Assembly (NCBI GenBank): GCA_902780135.1
Contig: CACZEK010000013.1
Location: forward strand, 46,470 to 110,469
Direction: 5' to 3'
Length of the DNA: 64,000 bases
Source: an uncultured bacterium
Lineage (GTDB): Bacteria; Verrucomicrobiota; Lentisphaeria; Victivallales; UBA1829
A program made the translations under genes and the position numbers. The notes beneath the pieces are model-generated. The model saw only the letters and a list, made by a program, of their open reading frames with translations. It made no database searches and was not told the DNA's origin. Positions 29,001 to 37,661 of the stretch are shown here, piece by piece; positions within the stretch are counted from its first letter, which is position 1, and each line of letters begins with the position of its first letter.

Positions 29001-30966
29001 CTTCGGCGACCTGACGATCTCGAAGTATTATACGGCTCAGACCGCGTTGGCGTTCGTGGCTCCCGTCACCACACTGCTGGAAGCGGCCAAGAACAAGAAG
29101 GGGATCTCCGCGGAGCAACAGGCGGAAATCACTCGGATCGCCAGAATGCTGGATTCCTATTTCGACCAGTATATCCAGTATTGGGGGACGTTTACGGACA
29201 AGATCCCGGTCAGTTTCGCATCCTGGACGGAGTTCCGCGAGGAAAGCCGGACCCGGAAAGCCTACCAGACGAACACCCTGCTTCTTGCGTCGTACGTCCA
29301 ATGCCGTGACAACATCCAGCAGATCCCGGATCAGGTCCTTTCGAAAGCCGTGGCCGCAAAGAAGAAACAGATGATCGCACTCCTGAACACCCGGATCCAG
29401 ATCCTGTCGCCGGATTTCGCCCAGAGTTGCGCCAACGTCTGCAATGCCTGGGCCACGCTGCCGAAGGAAGCGGACGCGGCATTCGGGATACTGCAGAGCC
29501 TGTCCCCGAAACAGCTGAGGACCGACTACCTGCTGGTCTTTGGCGAAGGCGCAAAAGGCGATATCCCGTGGTGGAGCAACTGGATGAAGGCCGGCTTGTC
29601 CCTGCTGTTCCGGGATGCGAAGGAACAGCTCTACAAGCAGTTTGAAACGTACCGTCCCAAACTCTTCTCGTTCCCGCTCTGCAAGGATGCCCCGTATACG
29701 ACGGTTCTGAATGAAGCGGAGCTGCTGGATGTTTCCCAGTACCTCGCCGCTCTGGGCTGCCCCGTGCCGAGCTCGGACGCTTCGGACCAGAAAGCCGGAA
29801 CCGCGGAGGAAAACAAGGATAAAGCTCCCGCCGCAGCGGAGGAGAAAAAGCAGGATGACGCGCCCGGCAAGGATCAGGCCGCGACCGAAAAGGAACAGGC
29901 GGAAAAAGATGCCCTGGAACAGCTTTTCGGGAAAGACATGGAGTCCCTGAAGGAGTGGACCACATGGGGCGGAAAGATCCAGGTACTGCTGGACGGCCTG
30001 GCCAACAAGGTCAAACCGCTGACATACACGCTGACGATCCCGTCCGAAGCCGAACAGAAGAATCTCACGGCGAAAATGGAACGGCCCCTGCCGCTGGCGA
30101 TTTACCGGTTCCCGTATATCCGGGCGTCGAATCAAACCAACGGGACGGAGACCCCGCAGTTCCATTTGAACGGGGATGAGATTCCGAAACTTCTCTCCGG
30201 GCTGGTCTCCGATCCGTCATTGAAACTCGAATTCAACAGCTTCTCCGCGGATTCCACGCCGGACTGCACCAGGTCGTTCGAAGGAGAATGGGCGGTCCTG
30301 AAGCTGTATCTTTCCGACGATTCCGGTTTCGACCCGAAGACGAAGAAGGCTTTCTCCGCCCTGATCCTTCAGGACGACACAGGGAAATCCTATGTCCTCT
30401 GGATCGGATTCGAGTTCAACAAGGCGATCCCGCTTCCGTCCGAATGGCCAAGCGCGGACAACTGCCCCGATTTTTCCCAAACGCAGACCGCCGCCCGCAA
30501 GAAGCCCCTGAACGCCCAGCAGTGGAGTCAGGAAATCCAGAAGGCCGGGACCGGAGACGCCGGATACGACAAGCTCCAGGAGGCGGTCCGCACGTATCCA
30601 GCCGATCTTTTCCCCGCATGCAAAATCGTTACCGATGGCAATCTGGAAACGGAACTGCTCGAAACGCCCTTCTTGGAGGTCGTTTCTCCGAACGACACGG
30701 TCCGTATTCCGGTCCTAGTCTCAGGGAAGACGATCCCCTTGGATTTGAACGTGACGCGTTATGAGATCCGGCTGTATCGTTTTTCCGACGATAAGGAGCC
30801 TGTTTCCTCGGCCACGATCAGCGGTCCACACGCTCTGCTGCGGCTGCTGACGGGAGAGAACAGGAAACTTGATAAGGACGTGCTGGTGGTCCCGGTGCCG
30901 ATGAAGCCCGCCGACGGGAGCAAGCCGACGAATCTGAATCTACGAATCCAGATCGGCGGACGCTGA
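26053..30966 (+). CDS. tssM: T6SS membrane-complex subunit TssM (IcmF), unusually long (1637 aa)
   Basis: The in-frame ATG at 26053, 2 nt after the tssL stop, gives 'MKPPILQQ...WILILAGIVILLLLLFLLL' (TM). Walker A 'LVLLGEPGSGKSELL'. A second TM segment 'YVLCILMAAVSIWFTVTAW'. A long periplasmic region includes an acidic low-complexity insert ('AEENKDKAPAAAEEKKQDDAPGKDQAATEKEQAEKD'). Confidence 0.88.
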   Translation: MKPPILQQPLAFDWIPKISRTEWILILAGIVILLLLLFLLLRPLLTKRKMKKKNEEATALQQKDLMSWQNIAAMAADQTKRDTVKQSLSSKLKTIRMLFQQGLDMQRKSGRNRGLPWLVLLGEPGSGKSELLGNSDLSLKCSAEENETEEGSLPLRFWLGRGLTLDVSGHIFFDRWFNGSCAEWILIRDLIRKKHHKVPVNGIILVIPADALIADSDELTKRKVSLIATELNNFLFGLGMILPCYVVITKLDMILGFQEYFRKLDDQHREKAWGWRNPASNGCFDAVSFTEYFDGLRNKLRNGSFSLLMDESGENRLDTTSGMYLFPDEFARIRRNLLTYLNNLFGRRSWMDGNCAKMAGVYFTASKCGHHILSPDFAGLQQKPVEEAVLTNRNAGPQHSFFVKELLDDLIFSNRKCYEFTAAEQFRRNLGKYVLCILMAAVSIWFTVTAWNSNGKIRDLLATRSAYYAKTAEFFDKGILSRSPMITRGKAPDRIAVSHDESLADHDEINRLMYFYESQLTPGKNSMVPWGFRTSQFLLFRDFNCDQEEQDFVSSRIQTEMVFKPAFRLFTDFLVTTEAEKESFTDVKREAFIQMHRLKGFLPGGKHASSPKLITEPYLRYLAPGLSVEQLDLFNMRAGKVSEADRNDIAELVYSLDYQKASLAVTRQFLSAWKSLEIYPNDEYNLLRQVIRKAYEMHENYGKIHTLAVNVAINPNPEKMLAELQSLIEQQNRLIADVNMYLASPSIREALQPQQEKTDKVKEIKRKVLIQDIFSGYEKRMKADFGLIRTYGAPGALSSSLTSSPETGNDILESVLHDAQGLFATEKDELTKKFSTLQATSFFMTALPKAEDGTVVDTAYVGQVQLELLNLLIRPWQRKAGRMESPSDFIDRFQALQKARAEDEKTFNDFAARYAANKDIAALAKEYQAFISLQYTCLNNDLIKELFAFYPATPEQFMNDIAATSGNVDPESIGMKPDLAKESFGDLTISKYYTAQTALAFVAPVTTLLEAAKNKKGISAEQQAEITRIARMLDSYFDQYIQYWGTFTDKIPVSFASWTEFREESRTRKAYQTNTLLLASYVQCRDNIQQIPDQVLSKAVAAKKKQMIALLNTRIQILSPDFAQSCANVCNAWATLPKEADAAFGILQSLSPKQLRTDYLLVFGEGAKGDIPWWSNWMKAGLSLLFRDAKEQLYKQFETYRPKLFSFPLCKDAPYTTVLNEAELLDVSQYLAALGCPVPSSDASDQKAGTAEENKDKAPAAAEEKKQDDAPGKDQAATEKEQAEKDALEQLFGKDMESLKEWTTWGGKIQVLLDGLANKVKPLTYTLTIPSEAEQKNLTAKMERPLPLAIYRFPYIRASNQTNGTETPQFHLNGDEIPKLLSGLVSDPSLKLEFNSFSADSTPDCTRSFEGEWAVLKLYLSDDSGFDPKTKKAFSALILQDDTGKSYVLWIGFEFNKAIPLPSEWPSADNCPDFSQTQTAARKKPLNAQQWSQEIQKAGTGDAGYDKLQEAVRTYPADLFPACKIVTDGNLETELLETPFLEVVSPNDTVRIPVLVSGKTIPLDLNVTRYEIRLYRFSDDKEPVSSATISGPHALLRLLTGENRKLDKDVLVVPVPMKPADGSKPTNLNLRIQIGGR

Positions 30967-30978
30967 CAGGCTGTCGAT

Positions 30979-31018
30979 AAAAAACGACCGGTCTCCGCGT
31001 TACGGCAGAGGCCGGTCG
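30979..31018 (-). terminator. Strong hairpin terminator between convergent tssM and clpV
   Basis: CGACCGGTCTC (30985-30995) pairs with GAGGCCGGTCG (31008-31018) in an 11-bp stem with one G-U. A-run 30979-30984 on the plus strand gives a U-tract after the hairpin on the minus strand, downstream of the clpV stop at 31035. Confidence 0.7.
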
Positions 31019-31034
31019 AAAAATATAGGCGGGT

Positions 31035-33668
31035 TTATTCGAAATTGTAAATAAACTTGCCATCCTTTGCGTCAAACGAGATCTTTTTCAGGACGCGGCC
31101 GTCCATGGTCTTCCGCAGGAACTCGGCGCTGATCTCCGGCAGCAGTTCATTGTTGACCACGGCATCGATCAGCCGTGCGCCCGATTCCAAATTGTTGCAG
31201 CGGCGGAGGATTTCGTCGCGGACGGCGTCATTGTACTCGAATCCTGCCTTGTAGTTCTCTGCGACGCGCTTGCGAATCTTGTTCAGCTTCAGGTCCACGA
31301 TGTTTCGGAGGACCTTCTTGCCGAGCGGATAATACGGCACGATCGAGATGCGGCCGAGGAGAGCCGCCGGGAACCTCTTCAGCATGGCGGGACGAACGGC
31401 CTGTTCGAGCGTCCGCACGTCCGGGAGATGATCTTCGTCCTGACACAGGTCCATGATCGCCTGATCGCCGACGTTGGTCGTCAGGATGATGACCGTGTTG
31501 CGGAAATTGATGACGCGGCCCGAACCGTCTTCCATCTGGCCTTTATCGAAGACCTGGAAGAAGATCTCGTGAACGTCCGGGTGCGCCTTCTCGACTTCGT
31601 CCAGCAGGACGACGCTGTACGGTTTCCTGCGGACGGCTTCGGTCAGGACGCCGCCTTCGCCGTACCCGACGTAGCCGGGAGGTGCGCCCTTGAGCGTGGA
31701 AACAGTGTGCGCTTCCTGGAATTCGCTCATATTGATGGTGACGATGTTGGTCTCGCTGCCGTAGACCTGTTCCGCCAGAGCCAGCGCGGTTTCCGTTTTG
31801 CCGACGCCGCTGGGGCCTGCGAGCATGATGACGGCGATCGGGCGGTTCGGATCCGCAAGATTGGCACGGGAGGTCGTGATCCGCCTTGCGATGATGTCCA
31901 GACCGTGTTTCTGGCCCATCACGCGTTTGTTCATCTCTTCGCTCAGAGTCAGGATGGAGCTGATCTCGTTCCGCGCCATGCGTCCAAGCGGGATCCCGGT
32001 CCACTCGGAAATGATGCAGTTGACGGACTGCGCGCCGACGAGCGGAAGGACGAGCGGACTTTCGCCTTGGACCTTCTGAAGCTCTTCCTGTTTTTTCCTG
32101 ATGGCGGTCCGGGTCTTTTTGTTTTCGGGGTCCTGGCAGACTTTCTCACGGAGTTCCAGAAACTCTTTTGCAAGAGTCTTTTCCTTGTTCAGCTTCGTGT
32201 TCAGTTCTTCCAGCTTCTTCTGTTCGTCCGCGAGCTGGGAAGCGATTTTTTTCAGCTTGTCCGCATGGTCCGTCCCCGCGTTCTGTTCGCGGGTCAGGAT
32301 GTCCTGTTCCAGCTTCAGCGCGTCAATGCGATGACGCGTGTATTCGAGCTCGGCAGGTTCCGAACTCTGGCTCAACGCGACGCGGGCGCACGCGGTGTCC
32401 AGGATGCTGACGGCCTTGTCCGGCAGAAGACGGGCAGGGATATAACGCCGGGACTGCTTGACGGCCGCCTCGATTGCTTCGTCGAGGATACAGACATGAT
32501 GATGCTCTTCGAGCTTCGCCGTGACGCCCCGAAGCATCTGGATCGCCTTCGGATCGTCCGGCTCATCAATCAGAATGTTCTGGAATCGGCGCGCGAGAGC
32601 GGGATCCTTCTCGAAATACTTGGTGTACTCCATCCACGTGGTGGCGGCAATACAGCGGAGTTCTCCGCGGGCCAGAGCGGGTTTCAGGAGATTCGCGGCA
32701 TCGTTCTGCCCGGCCGCGCCGCCCGCACCGATCAGGGTGTGCGCTTCGTCGATGAACAGGATGATCGGCACTTCCGAGCTTCGGACTTCTTCGATGACCT
32801 GTTTCAGGCGGTTTTCGAACTCGCCCTTCATGCTCGCGCCCGCCTGGAGGAGTCCCACGTCCAGAGACCGCAGGACAGTCCCCTTCAGGCAATCGGGCAC
32901 TTCCCCAGCCGCAAGGCGTTGTGCGAACCCCTCCACGACCGCGGTCTTGCCGACGCCCGCTTCGCCCGTAATGATCGGGTTATTCTGGCGACGGCGCAGC
33001 AGGATGTCGATGATCTTGCGGATTTCCTCGTCGCGGCCGACGATGGGGTCCGATTTTCCTTCCCGCGCCTTTTCCGTCATGTCGATCGTGTAAAGCCGGA
33101 GCGCCTCGTTTTTCCCCATTGCCGGAGAGGACATCATCTGCCCGGCCTGACCAGTGGCGGCATTCTCTCCCGCGGGGGTGACGGCGCTGATCTCGGCGGA
33201 AGCCTGCGTGATGTCCTTGAAATTCTCCTGCAGAAGGTCCGCGTTGATCTTCGTAAACTCTTTGCTCATGTCCAGCAGACAGCGGGAGAGTTCCTGATGA
33301 TTCCGCAATGCAATCAGAAGATGTCCTGTGCGGATCGCGGGTTCGTTGAACACAAGCGACGTGATCATCCAGGCTTCCTTGATGGCGATCTCAATGCTGT
33401 TGGCAAAGTCGGAAATGCTGCTGGCGCCCCGTGGCAGACGGTCCATCGCGCTTGTGAGGTCTTTCGCAAGTTTCGCCTGATCGATCTCAAAATGGTCGAT
33501 CGCACAATGGAAATCGGTGTTGTCGGACAACACAATCTGATTGACCCAGTGTACCAGTTCGACGTAGGGATTGCCGCGGGTTTTGCAAAGAATCGTGGCG
33601 CTTTCCATCGCCTGGTAGGCGGTACGGTCAAGCTTGCTGAACATCTGAATGCGTTTTAATTTTGCCAT
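31035..33668 (-). CDS. clpV: T6SS AAA+ disassembly ATPase ClpV (TssH)
   Basis: 877 aa. Clp N-domain. Two Walker A motifs, 'GEAGVGKTAVVEG' and 'LAGPSGVGKTETA'. Walker B 'ILFIDEAH' and 'VVLLDEVEKAH'. Confidence 0.95.
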   Translation of the reverse strand: MAKLKRIQMFSKLDRTAYQAMESATILCKTRGNPYVELVHWVNQIVLSDNTDFHCAIDHFEIDQAKLAKDLTSAMDRLPRGASSISDFANSIEIAIKEAWMITSLVFNEPAIRTGHLLIALRNHQELSRCLLDMSKEFTKINADLLQENFKDITQASAEISAVTPAGENAATGQAGQMMSSPAMGKNEALRLYTIDMTEKAREGKSDPIVGRDEEIRKIIDILLRRRQNNPIITGEAGVGKTAVVEGFAQRLAAGEVPDCLKGTVLRSLDVGLLQAGASMKGEFENRLKQVIEEVRSSEVPIILFIDEAHTLIGAGGAAGQNDAANLLKPALARGELRCIAATTWMEYTKYFEKDPALARRFQNILIDEPDDPKAIQMLRGVTAKLEEHHHVCILDEAIEAAVKQSRRYIPARLLPDKAVSILDTACARVALSQSSEPAELEYTRHRIDALKLEQDILTREQNAGTDHADKLKKIASQLADEQKKLEELNTKLNKEKTLAKEFLELREKVCQDPENKKTRTAIRKKQEELQKVQGESPLVLPLVGAQSVNCIISEWTGIPLGRMARNEISSILTLSEEMNKRVMGQKHGLDIIARRITTSRANLADPNRPIAVIMLAGPSGVGKTETALALAEQVYGSETNIVTINMSEFQEAHTVSTLKGAPPGYVGYGEGGVLTEAVRRKPYSVVLLDEVEKAHPDVHEIFFQVFDKGQMEDGSGRVINFRNTVIILTTNVGDQAIMDLCQDEDHLPDVRTLEQAVRPAMLKRFPAALLGRISIVPYYPLGKKVLRNIVDLKLNKIRKRVAENYKAGFEYNDAVRDEILRRCNNLESGARLIDAVVNNELLPEISAEFLRKTMDGRVLKKISFDAKDGKFIYNFE

Positions 33669-33754
33669 GGGGATATCCCTGTTAAGTGGACTCTGAACTC
33701 AAACAAAGAAAAAAAAAGAGCCGGAAAACCAGTTCCGGCTCTGCGATCAAAAAA

Positions 33755-34243
33755 TTAGCTGTTGGAGATTTGATCGAAGGATGCTTCGATTGCACCGTCC
33801 TTAGTATTGTCCTCCTTGATCGGGGTGACTTTCCAGGTGATCTTTCCGGCGACGAGATCGACCTCCTCGACAGGTTCCGCGTCAGCGGCTTCGGTCGCGC
33901 GGATGGTCTTGATCTCAGCTCGGGCAATCTTCACGTTTTCGAGCTTGACCTCGAGCGTGACGACCTGAGCGCCGGCGATCGCACGGCAGACGTTGAACTC
34001 GACCTTGGCGACCTTCTGCCCGTTCATGCAGAACTGCTGCAGTTTCGGTGTGGCCTTGTCCACGAGGTGCGTGAAGGAGAAGGGGAGGAACTCGCCTCTT
34101 CCGGCGACGTCGGCACCGCGGGCCAGAGTCACACTCTGCTTGCTGCCGAAATCAAAATCCGTGACTTCAATCCACTTTCCGTGGTTCTTGTCCGCGGACT
34201 GTCCGTCGATTCCGTCGATCTTGATGAAGAAATCCTGTGCCAT
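33755..34243 (-). CDS. hcp: T6SS inner tube protein Hcp (TssD)
   Basis: 162 aa. 'MAQDFFIKIDGIDGQSADKNHGKWIEVTDFDFG' is the canonical Hcp start. Confidence 0.93.
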   Translation of the reverse strand: MAQDFFIKIDGIDGQSADKNHGKWIEVTDFDFGSKQSVTLARGADVAGRGEFLPFSFTHLVDKATPKLQQFCMNGQKVAKVEFNVCRAIAGAQVVTLEVKLENVKIARAEIKTIRATEAADAEPVEEVDLVAGKITWKVTPIKEDNTKDGAIEASFDQISNS

Positions 34244-34267
34244 TTTTCGAGCCTTTCTTAGGTTAGA

Positions 34268-35755
34268 TTATTTTGCGCTGGGGACCTTGCTGACGAGACG
34301 AAGCGACGTCGTGAGGCCTTCCAGCTGATAGTGCGGACGCAGATAGAACTTGGCGTTGTAGTAGCCGGGTTGTCCTTCCACTTCTTCGATTTCGACCTTC
34401 GCTTCCGCGAGAGGATATTTCGCCTTCACTTCCTCGGATGCGTTCGGATCGCTGGTCACGTAATTGGCGATCCAGTCGCTCAGCCAGCGCTGCATGTCGG
34501 CGGCTTCCTTGAAGGAACCGATTTTGTCACGGACGATGCACTTCAGGTAGTGGGCGAAACGGCAGGTCGCGAAAATGTAGGGCAGACGTGCGGAAAGATT
34601 GGCATTTGCCGTTGCATCGGGGTTGTCGTACTCCATCGGCTTGTTGACGGTCTGGCCGCCGAGGAACACCGCATAGTCCGTGTTCTTCCAGTGGCAGAGC
34701 GGCAGGAAACCGTTCTTGGAAAGTTCGGCCTCGCGGCGGTCGGTGATCGCGATCTCGGTCGGGCACTTCATCGCCTTGCCGCCGTCGTCGGTCGGGAAAA
34801 CGTGGGTCGGCAGACCTTCGACCGCGCCACCGGATTCCACGCCACGGATGCGGGCGCACCAGCCGTACTGGGTGAAGGAACGGTCGATGTTGGCGCCCAT
34901 GGCGAATGCGGCGTTCATCCAGGTGTACTTCTCGCTGGCGCCGGCACCGGTGTCTTCCTCAAAGTTGAATTCCTCGACCGGGTTGGTCGTGGCGCCGTAG
35001 GGCATGCGGCTGAGCACGCGGGGCATGGTCAGTGCAACGTAACGGCTGTCTTCCGACTCGCGGAAGCTTCTCCAGGCCGCATATTCCGGGGTGGAGAAGA
35101 TCTTCGTGAGGTCGCGCGGATTGGAGAGATCCTGCCAGGAATCCATGTTCATGATGGACGGTGCGGCCGCGGAAATGAACGGCATGTGGGCCGCGGCGGA
35201 AATCTGGGCCATGCCTTTGAGGATTTCGAGGTCCGGAGCCGTGTGATTAAAATAATAGTCGCCGATGAGGCAGCCGAACGGTTCGCCGCCGGCGGTTCCG
35301 TATTCATCTTCGTAAAGGCGCTTGAAGATCGGACTCTGGTCCCAGGCCGTGCCTTTGTATTTCTTCAAAGTCTTGGCGAGGTCCTTTTTGGAGACATTCA
35401 TCACGCGGATCTTCATGTTTTCGCTGGTCTCGGTATTGTTCACGAGATAACTCAGGCCGCGCCACGAACTTTCAAGTTCCTGGAATTTGTCATTGTGAAT
35501 GATCAGGTTGACCTGGGCGCTGAGTTTCTTGTCCAGTTCCGCGATGATGCCTTCAATGGTCTTGACCGCGTTGTCGGAAACGAGATTGGCGTTTTCCAGT
35601 GCCTGACCGACGAGCGTTTTCACCGCGCTCTGTACAGCCAGATTGGCCTCGTCGGATTTCGGTTTGAACTCCTGGTTCAGAAGTTTCTCGAAATCGGACA
35701 TCTCAACGGTTTCGGCCTTGAGATCCTGAACGGAAAGTTTGTTTGCATCAGCCAT
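34268..35755 (-). CDS. tssC: T6SS sheath large subunit TssC/VipB (paired with tssB)
   Basis: 495 aa, directly downstream of tssB. Conserved blocks as listed for 13365-14885. Confidence 0.95.
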   Translation of the reverse strand: MADANKLSVQDLKAETVEMSDFEKLLNQEFKPKSDEANLAVQSAVKTLVGQALENANLVSDNAVKTIEGIIAELDKKLSAQVNLIIHNDKFQELESSWRGLSYLVNNTETSENMKIRVMNVSKKDLAKTLKKYKGTAWDQSPIFKRLYEDEYGTAGGEPFGCLIGDYYFNHTAPDLEILKGMAQISAAAHMPFISAAAPSIMNMDSWQDLSNPRDLTKIFSTPEYAAWRSFRESEDSRYVALTMPRVLSRMPYGATTNPVEEFNFEEDTGAGASEKYTWMNAAFAMGANIDRSFTQYGWCARIRGVESGGAVEGLPTHVFPTDDGGKAMKCPTEIAITDRREAELSKNGFLPLCHWKNTDYAVFLGGQTVNKPMEYDNPDATANANLSARLPYIFATCRFAHYLKCIVRDKIGSFKEAADMQRWLSDWIANYVTSDPNASEEVKAKYPLAEAKVEIEEVEGQPGYYNAKFYLRPHYQLEGLTTSLRLVSKVPSAK

Positions 35756-35761
35756 GATTCG

Positions 35762-36283
35762 TTATTCCCCTTTCTCTTTCTTTTCCGTGACTTCTTTCGC
35801 TTTCGCAGACAGAGCCTTGAGAAGAGCGGGATCTTCCAGAATCTTGTTCAGGAGATCTTCCGCGCCGGACTTGCCGTCCATGTAGGAAAGCAGATTGGCG
35901 AGTTCCTGACGTGCCTTGAGGAGCTCCTTCAGGCCTTCGACTTTTTCCGCGACCTTGGCCGGAGAAAAATCGTCCAGGCTTTCGAACGTCATGTCGACGG
36001 CGATGTTGCCTTCGCCGGAAATCACGTTCGGGACCTGCATGGTCACGCGGGGCTTCATGCTTTTCAGACGGTCATCGAAATTGTCGCAGTCGATCTCCAC
36101 AAACTTGCGGTCATCGACCTTGGGCAGCGGTTCCGCGGGATTGCCGGACAAGTCAGCCATCACGCCTGTTACAAAGGGCAGATTGACCTTTTTCTCTGCC
36201 CCGTACAGCTCCACGTCGTACTCGACCTGGACTCGCGGAGCGCGGTTGTTTCCGATAAACTTCTGTCCGCTCTTCTTTGCCAT
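35762..36283 (-). CDS. tssB: T6SS sheath small subunit TssB/VipA
   Basis: 173 aa. 'RVQVEYDVELYGAEKKVNLPFVTGVMADLSG' is the canonical TssB motif. Confidence 0.93.
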   Translation of the reverse strand: MAKKSGQKFIGNNRAPRVQVEYDVELYGAEKKVNLPFVTGVMADLSGNPAEPLPKVDDRKFVEIDCDNFDDRLKSMKPRVTMQVPNVISGEGNIAVDMTFESLDDFSPAKVAEKVEGLKELLKARQELANLLSYMDGKSGAEDLLNKILEDPALLKALSAKAKEVTEKKEKGE

Positions 36284-36321
36284 AGTTTTTCTCCTGGGTT
36301 ATTTGAGAGGTTTAGGTTAGT

Positions 36322-37380
36322 TCATTCTTCGCCGGAATCAGGCTTGACGCCGAAGATTTCCCGGCCTTTCTCCAGTGCGTTCGGTTCAACGTCGCCGAGC
36401 AGATCCAGGAATGACATGTTCGCCATCCGGATCGCACGGTTGACCAGCAGCGGGACGGGATTCGTCGGTTCCGCAGACTGGAAATACTCCGCGCCTTTTT
36501 TCAGCATCAGCATCGCTTCCGTCCGGTTGGACGGCACAAACGAGTTCAAGTCGAAAAAAGCATTGGCGGAACGGTTTGCCGCCCGAACCGGGGCGGATTC
36601 GTCCGAGCCGGAAGCGGCTTCTGACTCCTGCGCGGTATCCTGCACAAGCAGGTAGGTCTCGTAGAATTTCTGAAGCGTGTTGAGCTCGTCCGTCAGGGAA
36701 GAGAAGGATAGGCTGCCGTCCGAAACAAACCCATTGACCGTTTCCTCGATATGGCTCAGCTGGGCTCTGATCTTGACCACGAGGTCCTTGCCCTGTTGCA
36801 TCTCGACGACCGGAACAGACCGCATTTCACCCTGGAACAGGACTGGATCGACTTTTTCTTCGCTGACATCCAGCTCGCCGTTGACGATCAGGAGATCCCG
36901 GAGCGTGTATTTCTTTCCTTCGATCAGCCGGAGCATCCTGAACTTGCTGATGAACATCATCGGATCGCTGTACGAACGTGGCGGCGGCGCGATCATCGCG
37001 AAAATGTTCAGCCGCTCTGTCGGGTCGTTGTTGTCGTCCGCATCCAGGAGCGGATAGAAATTATCCCAGTGCTTTTCGACAAGATATTCCAGCACGGCCA
37101 GTGCGTCGGACATGCCTTTCAGTCCGTCAAGGGAGAATTCCGCGATGCACAGATAGATCGCGACACGAAGATCGCGAGTCGTTTCCCATAGTTTGAGGCA
37201 GGCATTGCGGAGACCATACCAGTCCGGCTCAGTCCCTTCGATGATGGAGTCGCCCATGGTGCTGGCAGGTTTTCCCATCGCCAGTTCATCCAGCTGAAGA
37301 TAAAGCTGATTGTATTCTTCCAGCGTTCCGGCTGGATGCTCCCCGGACACGGGAACAAGCATTTTTTCAAGATCCAGCAT
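36322..37380 (-). CDS. tssA: T6SS protein TssA (ImpA N-terminal domain family)
   Basis: 352 aa. ImpA_N-like start 'LEKMLVPVSGEHPAGTLEEYNQLYLQLDEL'. C-terminal 'PVPLLVNRAIRMANMSFLDLLGDV' is typical of TssA. Confidence 0.85.
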   Translation of the reverse strand: MLDLEKMLVPVSGEHPAGTLEEYNQLYLQLDELAMGKPASTMGDSIIEGTEPDWYGLRNACLKLWETTRDLRVAIYLCIAEFSLDGLKGMSDALAVLEYLVEKHWDNFYPLLDADDNNDPTERLNIFAMIAPPPRSYSDPMMFISKFRMLRLIEGKKYTLRDLLIVNGELDVSEEKVDPVLFQGEMRSVPVVEMQQGKDLVVKIRAQLSHIEETVNGFVSDGSLSFSSLTDELNTLQKFYETYLLVQDTAQESEAASGSDESAPVRAANRSANAFFDLNSFVPSNRTEAMLMLKKGAEYFQSAEPTNPVPLLVNRAIRMANMSFLDLLGDVEPNALEKGREIFGVKPDSGEE

Positions 37381-37590
37381 TCATTCAGCCCCTGATTCGG
37401 TTTGTTGAAGATTCCCCCTTGCCTGAACTCATTTTGAGGTGACAGACAAGGTACGATCCATATTTTAACCATAATATATCAAGCAAGACGGAAAAAGTCA
37501 AGCAAAAAAAAACGGTTTGATAATCTTTTTTCGAACTTTTTTCCAAGTGCCATTTGAAAAAAGTAAACGCACGGGGAGGAAAGCGGGAGG

Positions 37591-37661
37591 GTGCGTTTAG
37601 TCTGACAAAGGGGGTACGTGCGTTTAGTCTGACAAACAGGGAGAGTGCGTTTAGTCTGACA
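37591..37661. promoter_or_regulatory. Three exact copies of GTGCGTTTAGTCTGACA at 27-bp phasing, 211-281 bp upstream of the tssA start; putative regulator-binding array
   Basis: Exact 17-mers at 37591-37607, 37618-37634 and 37645-37661. Non-coding context upstream of the minus-strand tssA-tssB-tssC-hcp-clpV arm. Confidence 0.45.

Noticed and set aside
37547-37552. A perfect sigma-54 -24 element (TGGCAC on the minus strand) between the 17-bp repeats and tssA.
   Set aside because: The required -12 element (TTGC after 5 nt) is absent; the sequence reads TGGCAC-TTGGA-AAAA. I do not call a sigma-54 promoter.
37591-37661. Possible mini-CRISPR array (three identical direct repeats).
   Set aside because: The repeats are only 17 bp with 10-bp 'spacers', there are only three units, and no cas genes are present. 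The geometry fits protein-binding sites, not CRISPR.
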